Positions 20,541 to 31,277 of a DNA stretch of 64,000 nt are shown here, in pieces. This DNA comes from Nitrospirota bacterium (GTDB lineage: Bacteria; Nitrospirota; UBA9217), in NCBI GenBank assembly GCA_963818475.1, contig CAWFSF010000005.1, positions 448,001 to 512,000 on the forward strand. The letters run 5' to 3'. The position numbers and the translations under genes were made by a program. How positions within the stretch are numbered: position 1 is the stretch's first letter; every line of letters starts with the position of its first letter. The notes beneath the pieces are model-generated. The model made no database searches. It was not told where the DNA came from and worked only from the letters and a program-made list of their open reading frames with translations.

Positions 20541-21018
20541 TTATTCGAGCTGCTTCATGACCTCGGGAGTGATCTCCTTGAACTGCAGCACCTTCTTCCC
20601 TTCATGGTCCTTCAGGAACGCCTTGGCGTCGGCTTCAGTCTTGAATGCTACCAGCTCCTTGCCCATGGGGCCGAAAACGTCGCTGCCGATGACGTAGAAA
20701 GCCTTCTTGCCGTCGATGAGTGAAAGCGTATAATAATCCTTCACCCAAAGGTTTTCAATGTCAGCCGCGTCTCTCTGCGGCTCGTACTTTTTGATCGCGA
20801 AGTAGTAGGTGAACAGGTCTTTGGGGCCGTCAAAGAAGCGTGCCGCGGAATCCTTGAACACGATGACGCCGGTCCAGTCCGGATACTTGGTAACGAACAT
20901 GCCGCAGACCATGCACTTGTCCGTGGCAGCAGGCTTTGGGGGTTCCTGCTCTCCGGCCAATACGGGAAAGACCATGTATCAGGAACAGCAGGGAAGCGAA
21001 TAGCCAGATGCGTTTCAT
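20541..21018 (-). CDS. NosL-family metal-binding protein; frameshift in signal peptide
   Basis: CMVCGMFV, FFDGPKD, VKDYY, YVIGSDVFGPMGKELVAF, FLKDHEG. Confidence 0.85.
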
Positions 21019-21099
21019 CTCTTGCTCCTTTCCATGCGACGGGAGATCAAATGAGAGAATATAATAAAAGGAATCAGCAAATTTAAGCTGAAACCCTTT

Positions 21100-21181
21100 G
21101 CACGGATCAAGCGGATAACGACGAAACTCATTTCTGATTGCATCCGCCCTTATCCGGCTGTTCATCCGATCCTTCCGTGTC
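21100..21181. repeat. Palindromic element of tandem CGGAT units
   Basis: CACGGATCAAGCGGATAA / ATCCGCCCTTATCCG...TTCCGTG. Confidence 0.7.
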
Positions 21182-21211
21182 TAAAAGATTTTTCCAGGTT
21201 GAAGTTCGCGC

Positions 21212-22345
21212 TCAATGGCACTCTGCATCGAACGTACTCGTGACTGCCGAAACCATTGCAACTGATGAATGCGCCAATTGCTGAGCCTTTCCATCTTTCA
21301 ATTGCACAGCTCCGTCGTCGGCAATGATGAGCCCGGGGTCCTTGATGTCCTGCTTCGTCAGATTCCGCATCAGCGTGATCGCCTTCCTGCTGCTGTCCTG
21401 GACCGGGATCCCCTGGGCGCCGAGCTTCACGGGCATGAGTTCTCCGTCCTGGAAATCGCCGGTCAGAGCATCCAAATGCACCGTGAGCACCGCACTTACG
21501 CCGTTCGGCCCATCGATATTGAAGCGTTCATAGGCAAGGAAGTTCCCGAGACTGTAGGCGATAAGTTTTCCCTGGTACACTTCGAGCGCACGCAGCACAT
21601 GCGGGCCGTGGCCGAGCACCAGGTCCGCGCCTGCATCGATGACAGCGTGCGCGAAGGCAGCCACATTGCCGCGGTCCTCGCCCAGGAACTCCTCGGTCGC
21701 ATACGTCACATGCTGAGCAGTGGAGCCTTCTGCTCCGCCGTGGAATGAAACGACCACAATATCATTCGTTTCTTTGAGCGACCGGACGATCTCCGCTGCC
21801 TCTGACCTATTCTGCATGGGGTACGCATAGGGCGCCTCGAAATAGAAGAACCCTACCATGGCAATACGCCTGCCCTTGATGGTATAGCTTGCAACCCTCT
21901 TGCCACCCACCGGCTGGATCTCCGCAGCTCCGAGGGTGCTGATCGTGCTCTCAACGCCTTCTTTGCCGAAATCGGAAGCGTGATTGTTCGCGATGTTCAA
22001 GGCTGAGAAGCCCGCGTCCTTGAGATAGGCAACATACCGCAAAGGCGTTTTGAAGGCGTAGCAGGTCTTGCCCGGCTTTTTGCATTTCGTCGATTCACCC
22101 TCATCGAGCAGCGGGCCTTCGAGATTGCCGAAGAGAATGTCCGCTCCCTGGAAAGATCCCTTCACTGCATCGAAGATGCCCTCCCCGTCATGAGGCGGCA
22201 GCAGGGGATCGGGATAGGTCGTGCCCATCATGATGTCGCCCACTGCCGTAATGGTCAGCGTCTGGTCAGGCTGCTCCTGCGCTTGTCCCGGGAGCGGGAG
22301 CAGGCAGAACAGGAGGCCGATGAAAGAAATGAAAAGTCGAATCAT
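21212..22345 (-). CDS. CapA (PGA_cap) family metallophosphoesterase, secreted
   Basis: AVGDIMMG, GNLEG, ANNHASDFG, SFHGGAE, GHGPHV, YSLGNF. Confidence 0.9.
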   Translation of the reverse strand: MIRLFISFIGLLFCLLPLPGQAQEQPDQTLTITAVGDIMMGTTYPDPLLPPHDGEGIFDAVKGSFQGADILFGNLEGPLLDEGESTKCKKPGKTCYAFKTPLRYVAYLKDAGFSALNIANNHASDFGKEGVESTISTLGAAEIQPVGGKRVASYTIKGRRIAMVGFFYFEAPYAYPMQNRSEAAEIVRSLKETNDIVVVSFHGGAEGSTAQHVTYATEEFLGEDRGNVAAFAHAVIDAGADLVLGHGPHVLRALEVYQGKLIAYSLGNFLAYERFNIDGPNGVSAVLTVHLDALTGDFQDGELMPVKLGAQGIPVQDSSRKAITLMRNLTKQDIKDPGLIIADDGAVQLKDGKAQQLAHSSVAMVSAVTSTFDAECH

Positions 22346-22400
22346 ATATCAGGTGTATCCTCTCCAGGTGTTCCATCAGGATGTTAAAAAGCCCTCAAGG

Positions 22401-22488
22401 TGTCATTGCGAGGAGCGAAGCGACGCGGCAATCTCTAAGTTCATGATTTATATAAAACCGAGATTGCTTCGCTTCGGCTCGCAATGAC
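22401..22488. repeat. REP/RPE-like long palindrome
   Basis: GTCATTGCGAGGAGCGAAGCGACGCGGCAATCTC ... GAGATTGCTTCGCTTCGGCTCGCAATGAC. Confidence 0.85.
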
Positions 22489-22621
22489 GGCGAGGGCCCC
22501 CTCGCAAAGACGGCTTAAAAATGCAACGCTCGGCATGCGCTATCCGTGGCAGAAACGTACCAAGAACGTACCCTACCATAAACCACTGAGTGACTTCAAT
22601 ATGATTTTATTCTTGAGCGGG

Positions 22622-22671
22622 AAAAAAGGAGACCTCCGTGAGTGCGTAAAGAACGCAGATCGCGGAGGTCC
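22622..22671 (-). terminator. Intrinsic terminator of the MshEN gene
   Basis: GACCTCCG/CGGAGGTC stem followed by a T-tract on the minus strand. Confidence 0.65.
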
Positions 22672-22718
22672 GGGGGAGATGAAATAAGGAAGCGGGAGGC
22701 AGTTCATTCAGCCGCCGC

Positions 22719-22925
22719 TTAGTGCGATTTCCGGGACTGCTCCATCAGCACCTCATTGAGTTCGGTCTCGCCTAATGCTCCCATGCGGACCAGGATCTGA
22801 CCGATAAGATCGCGGCTGTTCTTCTGATGGTCAAGGGCAAATTCAAGGTCCTGCTGCATGATCCGATCTTTCTCCATCAATAATTGACCTATGGGGCGTA
22901 CACCTTCTTTTTTCGATTCAACCAT
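22719..22925 (-). CDS. Stand-alone MshEN-like protein (putative c-di-GMP binding), 68 aa
   Basis: Two tandem motifs PIGQLLMEKDRI....LEFALDHQ and LIGQILVRMGAL....LNEVLMEQ; AGGAGG RBS. Confidence 0.8.
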   Translation of the reverse strand: MVESKKEGVRPIGQLLMEKDRIMQQDLEFALDHQKNSRDLIGQILVRMGALGETELNEVLMEQSRKSH

Positions 22926-22999
22926 ACGATACCTCCTGGTTCAGGCGTCGGCCCCTTGAGCTCGCAGCCACGCTTAACTATTTTTTATAGTGTTGAGTA

Positions 23000-23028
23000 A
23001 TTATATTGTTTAGAACGCCAAATGTCAA
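23000..23028 (-). promoter_or_regulatory. Perfect consensus sigma70 promoter
   Basis: Minus strand TTGACA-17 nt-TATAAT. Confidence 0.85.
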
Positions 23029-23289
23029 GCGCTTTTTTAATAATTAATCATCATAAAATCAAATACTTAAACTATATGGTAGTGTACATGGATATGCAAT
23101 ATAAATTGCACAAAGATGCATTTCCGTCCCAAGAATGCGGGTTGAAAAATGATATAGTCGTTCAAAACAATGGCGGCGGGGAGGGACTCTTTACGAAACT
23201 TGAAAAAACAAGAGCGCCTGAATAAAAAAACGGCGGGTCTCTGCTCTACCCGCCGTTCAGCATCATGTTTATTCGTGCACGATCGATCG

Positions 23290-24385
23290 TTACACGTTGA
23301 ACCTGAAGTTCATGATATCGCCGTCCTTGACCACATATTCCTTGCCTTCGGAGCGGAGCAGTCCTGCCGCCTTGACCGCCTGTTCGGTCTTGTACTTCAC
23401 CAGATCGTCGAAGTGGAACACCTCGGCGCGGATAAAACCTTTTTCAAAATCCGAATGGATCTTGCCGGCTGCCTGCGGAGCCTTGGTTCCCTTGGTGATG
23501 GTCCAGGCCCGCACTTCCTTCTCGCCTGCGGTCAGATAGGTGATGAGTCCCAGCAGCTCATAGCCCGCGCGGATCATCCGGTCCAGGCCCGACTCCTTGA
23601 GCCCCATGCCGGCGAGGTACTCCTTCCGCTCTTCCAGCGGCAGCTGGGCGATCTCTCCCTCCACCTGGCCCGAGATGACCACGACCCTGGCGCCTTCTTC
23701 TGCCGCGATCTTCTTCACGGCATCCACATGCGGGTTGGGCTTGTCCACCATGTCCTCTGCCACGTTCGCCACATACAGCACCGGCTTGGATGACAACAGC
23801 GCATAGTTCTTGAGCCACAGGGTCTCTTCGTCGGAATGGCTCGCCCGGCGGATGGGTTCGCCTTTGCGCGAGCATGTCCTTGAGCCGCCGCATGAACTCC
23901 ACTTCTTCCAGCGCCTTCTTGTCGCCGGTCTTGGTCATCTTCTCGGCCTTGTACAGCCGCTTCTCGATCGCGTCCAGGTCGGCAAGCATGAGCTCCGCCT
24001 CGATCACTTCGATGTCTTCCTTGGGGTCCACCTTGTTCGCCACATGGATCACGTTCGGGTCTTCGAAGCAGCGCACCACGTGGGCAATGGCATCCACCTC
24101 GCGGATGTTGGCCAGGAACTTGTTCCCCAGCCCTTCGCCCTTGGAAGCGCCCTTCACCAGCCCGGCGATGTCCACGAACTCCATGGTCGTCGGTGTGATC
24201 TTCTTGGGCTGGTAGATCTCGGCAAGGACTCCGATCCGCTCGTCCGGCATGTCCACCACGCCCACGTTCGGATCGATGGTGGTAAAGGGATAGTTGGATG
24301 CCTGCGCGCCTGCCGAGGTGAGCGCGTTGAAAATGGTGGACTTGCCTACATTGGGAAGCCCGACGATGCCGCAGTTAAAACCCAT
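23290..24385 (-). CDS. ychF: Redox-regulated ATPase YchF; frameshift near 23870
   Basis: [51 protein letters not shown]. Confidence 0.97.
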
Positions 24386-24458
24386 GATATGCTCCTGAAT
24401 GCGAAATTTAAGTATGCCGCAAATTAATGAAGAAAGACTGAACCTGAAAACGGTTTTT

Positions 24459-24660
24459 TTGACACGGATAAGATCGGATAAAAACCGGATAACGGCGGAT
24501 TAGCTTCTGAGGAAGGTTTACCCTTGGGAAAGACCCTCACCTTGATCCTCTCCCCGGGGAGAGGGTAGGGTGAGGGGTTTTCATTTGCCGTTGTGCCGAA
24601 TCGTCGGCAGGGATGCCTTATCCGCCCTTATCCGATGTTAATCCACTTCTTCCGTGTCAA
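24459..24660. repeat. CGGATAA-unit palindrome with nested CCCTCACC...GGTGAGGG palindrome (24533-24578)
   Basis: TTGACACGGATAAGATCGGATAAAAACCGGATAACGGCGGAT / ATCCGCCCTTATCCG...TTCCGTGTCAA. Confidence 0.85.
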
Positions 24661-24757
24661 AGGTTTTTTCCCGCCGTTACTTCTGACAAACACTGAGCAC
24701 GATGACGCAATAAAAAACCCGGAGCCGTCTTGCTGCTACGCTCCGGGCCTGCAGACC

Positions 24758-25321
24758 TTACTTCTGGTTGAATTGGTTCATGGCTTTTGTAACGCCCTGG
24801 GCAACGATCACTCTGGCCGCCTCGGCTGCGTTCACAACGGCTGATGCCGACGCTTCGCGCTCCTCGGCGAAAAAGGGGCTGAGCACATAATCGGCAGTGT
24901 CCATGCCCGGCAGGGGCCTTCCGATGCCGATGCGGACCCTTACGAAATCTGCGGTCCCGAGATACTCGATGATGGAACGAAGCCCGTTGTGGCCGCCATG
25001 CCCGCCGCCGGTCTTTACCCTGACCGTCCCGGGGGCAAGATCGAGCTCATCATGCAGAACAATGAGGTCCACAGCCGATGCGTAGGCATCCTTCAGGAGC
25101 GCTGCAACCGACCGTCCGCTGTCGTTCATATACGTCTGCGGTTTGGCCAGTACGACCTTCTCGGTCCCGATCGCCCCTTTGCCGAGCAGGGCATGGCACT
25201 TTTCCAGGCTCAGTTCAATGCGTAAGCTCCGTGCCAGTTCATCGATGGCCATGAACCCGGCGTTGTGGCGCGTGCGATCGTACTTTCTACCCGGGTTGCC
25301 AAGACCGACGATGATCTTCAT
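24758..25321 (-). CDS. pth: Peptidyl-tRNA hydrolase
   Basis: VGLGNPG, TRHNAGF, KPQTYMNDSG, HDELD, GGHNGLRS. Confidence 0.97.
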   Translation of the reverse strand: MKIIVGLGNPGRKYDRTRHNAGFMAIDELARSLRIELSLEKCHALLGKGAIGTEKVVLAKPQTYMNDSGRSVAALLKDAYASAVDLIVLHDELDLAPGTVRVKTGGGHGGHNGLRSIIEYLGTADFVRVRIGIGRPLPGMDTADYVLSPFFAEEREASASAVVNAAEAARVIVAQGVTKAMNQFNQK

Positions 25322-25376
25322 GCGAACCTTGTCGCGTACCGTAGCGGCGCATTCTCATGCAGCCCGTACGGCATGC

Positions 25377-26126
25377 TTATTTCTTCGGTGCAGCTGCCTT
25401 CGCAGCAGGTGCCGCTGCCTTGGCAGGCGCAGCGCCGCCCTTGGCCGGAGCGGCCTTGGCGTCGGCTTCGCCCTCTTTCTTCGGCTTCTTGACCAACTCG
25501 GGCTCACCCTCACCGGTTGCAGCAGGGGCGCCAGTGCCCAGCATGGACTCGAGCTTGGCTTCGGAGATCGGCGGCTGGATCGTCACGATCGTGGCGTCGG
25601 CATCGTTCAGGATCTTGACGCCTTCGGGCGTCTTGATGTCCCGCACATGGAGCGACTCGTTCACCTTGACCGCCGCGATGTCGACATCGAAGTGGCTCGG
25701 GATCTGCTGCGGGAAGCACTCGATATCGACCTGATGCAGGCCGTACTGCAGGATGCCGCCTTCCTTCACGCCGATGGCGTTGCCCGTCAGGTGGATGGCA
25801 ACCTGGACCTTCACCTTTTCGTCCATGGCGACTTCCATGAGGTCGATGTGCATGAGCTTGTTGGTGATCGGATCGAGCTGATAGTCCTTGATCAGGGCCA
25901 TGCGTTCGGCGGCCTCTTTGGTCCCCTCGAGCGTGAGCGTGAGCAGCGCGTGTTTGCCGCCCTCGGTGTTAAGGATCGTCGCGACTTCCTTATTACCCAT
26001 AGAGATCGGCATGGATTTACCGTGGCTGTAGAGCACCGCCGGAATTCGCGCGTTTCTCCGCAGTTCCCGGGCTACGCCCTTCCCTGCTTTTTCTCTTACC
26101 TGTGCTGTTAATGTGATCTTTTCCAT
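25377..26126 (-). CDS. rplY: 50S ribosomal protein bL25 (Ctc type)
   Basis: GKGVARELRR, IPAVLY, HIDL, GVKEGG; follows prs. Confidence 0.95.
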   Translation of the reverse strand: MEKITLTAQVREKAGKGVARELRRNARIPAVLYSHGKSMPISMGNKEVATILNTEGGKHALLTLTLEGTKEAAERMALIKDYQLDPITNKLMHIDLMEVAMDEKVKVQVAIHLTGNAIGVKEGGILQYGLHQVDIECFPQQIPSHFDVDIAAVKVNESLHVRDIKTPEGVKILNDADATIVTIQPPISEAKLESMLGTGAPAATGEGEPELVKKPKKEGEADAKAAPAKGGAAPAKAAAPAAKAAAPKK

Positions 26127-26173
26127 TTCTCCTCCGATACAATTGATGGTGCAGTATGCATATCCCGGTTCAG

Positions 26174-27126
26174 CTACACGAACAGCGAACTGAGTGATGT
26201 TTCTTCATGGATCCGCGTGATGGCCTCGGCGAGCAGCGGCGCCACCGAAAGCACTTTCAGCTTCTTGCATTCTTTCTGCTTGCTGTCGAGCGCGATGGTG
26301 TTCGTCGCAATGAGCTCGCTCGAGCGGCGAATCGTTGATCCGCTTGATCGCCGGGCCGGAGAGCACGGCATGCGTGCAGGCGGCATAGATGTTCCCGGCG
26401 CCGTTCGCCTTGAGCGCGCGCCGCGCCCTCGGTCAGGGTCCCGGCGGTGTCGACCATGTCGTCGAGCAGCAGGCAATCATGCCCTTTCACGTCGCCGATG
26501 ATGTTCATGACCTGCGCCTCGTTCGGCTTGTCGCGCCGCTTGTCGATGATCGCCAGGGAAGCGCCGAGCCGCTTGGCAAAGGCCCGGGCCCGCTCCACGC
26601 CGCCGGCATCGGGCGAAACGACCGTCAAGGTTCTTGAAGGTCTTCGCCCGGATGTAGTCGAGCAGCACGGGGGCCGCGAACAGATTGTCCACCGGAATAT
26701 TGAAGAACCCCTGGATCTGTCCGGCATGCAGGTCCACGGTCAGCACCCGGTTCGCGCCGGCGGTGGTGATAAGATCGGCAACGAGCTTTGAGGTGATCGG
26801 CACGCGGGGCTGCACCTTCCGGTCCTGCCGGCTGTACCCGTAGTAGGGAAGGACCGCCGTGATGCGCATGGCCGAGGCCCGCTTGAGCGCATCGATCATG
26901 ATGAGCAGCTCCATCAGATGCCGGTTCACCGGGCTTGACGTCGGCTGCACCACGAACACATCCATGCCGCGGACATTGTCCACGATCTGGACGTTGATCT
27001 CGCCGTCGCTGAAGCGCCCCACCACCGCGTTCCCGAGCGGAATGTTCATCTTCTGGCAGATTTCCTTCGCCAGACGCCGGGTTCGCGTTACCGGTAAAGA
27101 TCTTTCAGTTCCCGTGCTCTCACCAT
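26174..27126 (-). CDS. prs: Ribose-phosphate pyrophosphokinase; several frameshifts
   Basis: [52 protein letters not shown]. Confidence 0.95.
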
Positions 27127-27155
27127 TGTTTTACCCACTCCTCTTTTCCGCATGC

Positions 27156-27230
27156 TGGTTCGGGGACAGGGTAGTCGAACCCCGATTAAAGGCTTCAAAG
27201 GCCTCTGTCCTACCATTAGACGATCCCCGA
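27156..27230 (-). tRNA. tRNA-Gln(TTG)
   Basis: TCGGGGATCGTCTAATGGTAGGACAGAGGCC-TTTGAA-GCCTTTAATCGGGGTTCGACT...CCCCGAACCA; typical position upstream of prs; one extra base in the T-arm is probably an error. Confidence 0.93.
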
Positions 27231-27356
27231 TTGTCGGTGAAGTCCGCGCTCCGGGCTCGGCCGGCTGAGTAAAAATGAAAAGGATAGGCTGCTGCCTATC
27301 CTCTCGCATGAGATGCAGAATCGGCAGTACTCGACTTCGTTCCGGTCGATCGTTCG

Positions 27357-27660
27357 CTAGGCAGCATCGCTCTCTTTCGGCGCCGGCTCCCGCTTTGCCG
27401 GATTGTGCCAGCTCACGCTCATATTCGGCGAGGACCTTGGACTCGATCATCTGCCGCGTTTCGCTGTTCAGCGGATGGGCGATGTCCTTAAAGGTCCCGT
27501 CCTTCATCTTCCGGCTCGGCATGGCCACGAACAGTCCGGCGTTGCCGTTGATAATGCGAAGGTCCCTGATCAGGAACACATTGTCGATGGTGATCGTGGC
27601 ATAGGCCTTGAGCCGCTCTTCGTTGGTGACCGGGAACACCCTCACTTCTGTGATATCCAT
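27357..27660 (-). CDS. spoVG: SpoVG family nucleic-acid-binding protein; indel near the stop
   Basis: MDITEVR...LKAYATITID...GLFVAMPSRK...FKDIAHPLN. Confidence 0.93.
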
Positions 27661-27795
27661 GGACACTCACCCCCGTGCCGGCTTACAGCAATGATATGCG
27701 CTTCCCTCCATCGGCCCCCGGAACCCGGGAGACGCTTCAACGCTGCGACCATGCATGGTGTACGCATGGACCGGGGAACAAGGCTCCCGGTGTCT

Positions 27796-28668
27796 TCACT
27801 GCCGAATATACCCGCTCAAGGGGGACGCCACCAGTGTCTCGGTGGGAAAGAGCTTCCATCCTCTGTTCGATAGATTCTCCGCTGCAGTCATGCAGCCCGT
27901 CCCGGTCTCGAATATGCCAAATACCGTTGGCCCGCTCCCGCTCATCAGTACTCCCGCAGCTCCCTGTTCCAGAAGCGATTGCCGGATCGTATGAATGACA
28001 GGATGCGCAGCCGCTGTTACGGTCTCAAGATCATTATGCAGCCCTGCTGCGATATTCCCGACCGTAAGCCGTAGAATTTTATTACAGTCTACTTTTTTTG
28101 TCAACCTCAAATTTAGATTTTTATAGACCCAGGCCGTGGAGGTCTCAAAACCGGGATTTACGAGCAATATCTGCAACTTGGGCAAAGGAGGCAGTTCCGT
28201 GAGCCGTTCGCCGCGCCCCTGCGCCAGGGCCGTGGGCCCGTACAAGAAGAAGGGAACGTCCATCCCGAGCTTGGCGCCGATCTCCGGCGAGCTCTTCCCG
28301 GTCGAGCCCGATGCCGAGCACGGCATTGGCCGCAACAAGCACGGCAGCTGCATCGCTGCTCCCGCCGCCAAGCCCGGCTGCAACGGGAATGGACTTCCGG
28401 ATCGTTATGGAAAGCCCGGCTCCCGGCCTGCCCGCTTCAGCAGGGCGTGGCCGGCCTTCCAGGCGATATTGTCCTCTCCCGCCGGAATCGCATCGCTGTC
28501 GCAGCTGATCCGCACGCCAATGCCGTCTCGGGCGGCCACGGTCACCTCGTCGTAGAGGCCCACCATCTGCATGAGCATCTCCACATCGTGGTAGCCGTCC
28601 GGCCTGCGGCCGAGCACGGACAGGCAGAGATTGATCTTTGCAGGCGCTTTCAGCGTGATCGATTGCAT
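27796..28668 (-). CDS. ispE: 4-diphosphocytidyl-2-C-methyl-D-erythritol kinase; frameshifts
   Basis: [41 protein letters not shown]. Confidence 0.95.
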
Positions 28669-29444
28669 CAGGGCGCTCCGGACTCCTCATCGGGAAGCGA
28701 AAACAGCGCTTCGTCAATGGGCACGTTCACATCGACCTCGGCATAGCCGATGGTCAGGGAAAATTTTTTGTCAGGGTTCTCGATGATGACCGCCCTTGGC
28801 ATGAGGTAGTGCGAGGTTTCCGCGACCTGTTCGAACCGCGCCCGGTACACGAGCTTCCCGCCGCGGTACAGTTCGGAGATGACGGGCGTCAGCATCGTCC
28901 CTGAACCGGAGGGATGGTTGACAACCTGCACGCGGCGGACGAGGTCATCCTGGCGGATCGTCAGCTCGCAGAGGCCTGCCCTCCGCATGCTGCTGAAACC
29001 GCAGCCGATAGCGGCACGGGCGGAACATTTCCCGCGAGGGCGGAGCAAAGTTCCTGAACCTCCAGCCCTGCTCCGAACAGCCGCTCCAACCCGACGGCTC
29101 CCGGCCGCACCACCCGGTCCTGCCCCGGCAGCCGAAGCAGCACCTCCCTGCCGTCCCAGACCAGGACCAAAAGCGACTGGCCCAGCGGCCCGTAGGCCTC
29201 CATCCGGAGCCGGTCCTGCGACGCGAGCACTATACCCACATTGTCAAAAGACCGTTTGCGGCCCTTCCTGACCGTTTCAACGCCAGCCACTGCTTTGAGC
29301 CCGGCAAAGGACTGTCGCCGTTGTTCCAGGGCCTGAAGCAGCGGCCCCGCAGGGACCTCGGTAAGGGGGATCTCAGGTGGCTTGGGCAGGCAGGCAAACA
29401 GCAGGGAGAGGAGAGCGAATAGTAACTGGACGAAATGTCTTCAC
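28668..29444 (-). CDS. LolB/DUF4292-like outer-membrane lipoprotein; frameshifts
   Basis: LFAC lipobox in a shifted frame, [13 protein letters not shown]-terminal [13 protein letters not shown]; lies between the TPR gene and ispE. Confidence 0.65.
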
Positions 29445-31195
29445 TTTGTCTTCTTCGCGCCCGGTTTCCTGCCCTTGAGCAGTTCGTCGGGATCGCCGAA
29501 GCCTGTGTTCTTGAATTTCTCGCGAAGCTTCCGGTTCTCCGGATCGAGCGTGAGCGACTTCAGCCATTCTTCACGGGCTTTGCTCCTGTTCTTGAGTTTG
29601 AGGTAGATCTCTCCCAGGTGTTCACGCATCACCGGGTCGTCGCCGGTCCGCTTGATCGCCATTTTCATGTACCCGAGCGCTTCGTTCAGCATGCCCTTCT
29701 GATAGTACGCCCAGGCAAGGCTGTCCAGGATGTAGCCATTGTCGCGCTTGATGAGCAGCGCCTGCTTGATGAGCTGGATGGCCTCATCGAGGTGCTCTCC
29801 CTGCTCGGCATAGCTGTACCCGAGATAGTTCAGCGCATCGGCATGGTCGGGTTTCAGTTCGATCGTCTTTTTGAGCGCCTCGATCATGGCGTCGCGCATG
29901 TCGAGCTTCTCATAGGCGATCGCCAGGCTGAACTGCAGGTCGTCCCGGTCGGGCGCGAGTTCGATCCCCTTTTTGAGAACGTCCACCGCCTGCTGGTAGT
30001 GCTTCTGCTCCATATGAGCATTGGCGAGGTAGAGATAGAGATCTGCCTTCCCCGGCATGTCCACCAGCGCCTTTTCCAGGAACGGGATCGCATCAGCAGT
30101 GCGGTTCCGGAGCTCATAGAGGTACGCGATCTGCAGGATGGCGTCGATATCGTCGGGCGCCGCGGCGAGGATCGTCTCATATTCCCTGAACGCTTCGTCG
30201 AACCGCTCCCCTGCCAGGAGCATTGACGCAAGATAGCGCCGTACCTTGAGGTCGTCCGGCAGCGCCTTCGCAACAATCCCGAAGGCCGCGACCGCATCGG
30301 GATATTGTTTCTTTTCTGCATAAATGAGCCCCATCCTGACCAGGGAATCATAGTCCCCGGGCTCGGCCGCGGTCACCTGCCTGAGCTGCACCAGGGCATT
30401 ATCGAGCTCGTTCTGCTGGATGTAGAGCTGGGCCAGGTGGCGGCGGATGTCGGTGCTATGGGGGTTCGCCGCAAGGGCCTGCTGGTAAGCGCCGACGGCA
30501 TCGCCCATGAGGCCTTGCACTTCATAGACGTACGCCATGCCGGTATAGGCCGGCTCAAAATCCTCTTTGAGCGCTGCAGCCTTCCGGAAGGCTTCAAGCG
30601 CCTCGGGATAGCGCTGCCGTTCGGCGTAGATCCGGCCAAGGTAGTAGGGGGACATGAGAGAGGCGGGATTCTGCCTGCCCTGGGCCTTGAACGTCTCGAT
30701 CGCCTCATCGTACTGTTTCTGCGAAATATAGAGCAGGCCAAGATAGATGTAGGCGTCATCCTGCTTCGGGTCGAGGGCAATCGCCGCGCGGTAAGCATCC
30801 ACCGCGTCTGCATACTGTTTTTTGTTCGAGTAGATGCTCGCCAGCAGAAGAAGGGCTTGGGGATCGTCGGGCGCACTGGCTGCTGCCTTCCTGGCATAGA
30901 GCACGGCCTGGTCGAGCTGTCCCTTCTTGAGCGAGAGCGATGCCAGCGCCAACAGGACCGTGGGGGAACTCCGGTCAAGCAGGTAGGCGGCCTCGTATTC
31001 CTCGAAGGCCTCATCCAGCGCACCCGCCTGTTCCAGCAGGCCTGCCTCCATAAAGTGCCGGTAGGCCTCGGCCTGCGCGCGCGACTCGGAGCTCATGCTG
31101 CCTGCCAGGGTTACCGGCATGCGGGCCGGCGTGGATGCACAGGATGCGGTAAGCACTGCCAGCGCCGCAAGAATGGAGAGGTATTGTTTTTTCAT
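29441..31195 (-). CDS. Tetratricopeptide-repeat lipoprotein
   Basis: LTASC lipobox, many TPRs, ALNYLGYSYAE / ILDSLAWAYYQKG / EHLGEIY C-terminus. Confidence 0.9.
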   Translation of the reverse strand: MKKQYLSILAALAVLTASCASTPARMPVTLAGSMSSESRAQAEAYRHFMEAGLLEQAGALDEAFEEYEAAYLLDRSSPTVLLALASLSLKKGQLDQAVLYARKAAASAPDDPQALLLLASIYSNKKQYADAVDAYRAAIALDPKQDDAYIYLGLLYISQKQYDEAIETFKAQGRQNPASLMSPYYLGRIYAERQRYPEALEAFRKAAALKEDFEPAYTGMAYVYEVQGLMGDAVGAYQQALAANPHSTDIRRHLAQLYIQQNELDNALVQLRQVTAAEPGDYDSLVRMGLIYAEKKQYPDAVAAFGIVAKALPDDLKVRRYLASMLLAGERFDEAFREYETILAAAPDDIDAILQIAYLYELRNRTADAIPFLEKALVDMPGKADLYLYLANAHMEQKHYQQAVDVLKKGIELAPDRDDLQFSLAIAYEKLDMRDAMIEALKKTIELKPDHADALNYLGYSYAEQGEHLDEAIQLIKQALLIKRDNGYILDSLAWAYYQKGMLNEALGYMKMAIKRTGDDPVMREHLGEIYLKLKNRSKAREEWLKSLTLDPENRKLREKFKNTGFGDPDELLKGRKPGAKKTK

Positions 31196-31277
31196 GTGCG
31201 TAGTGTAAGCCACCTGCGGGAGCGTGTCAAGGAGGTTGCCGTGCGGAAGATTCCCGGCAATTCCCCAAATGCGCCAG

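Noticed and set aside
27088-27666. 192-aa extended SpoVG running through the tRNA
   Set aside because: An indel near the natural stop (about 27357) causes the read-through
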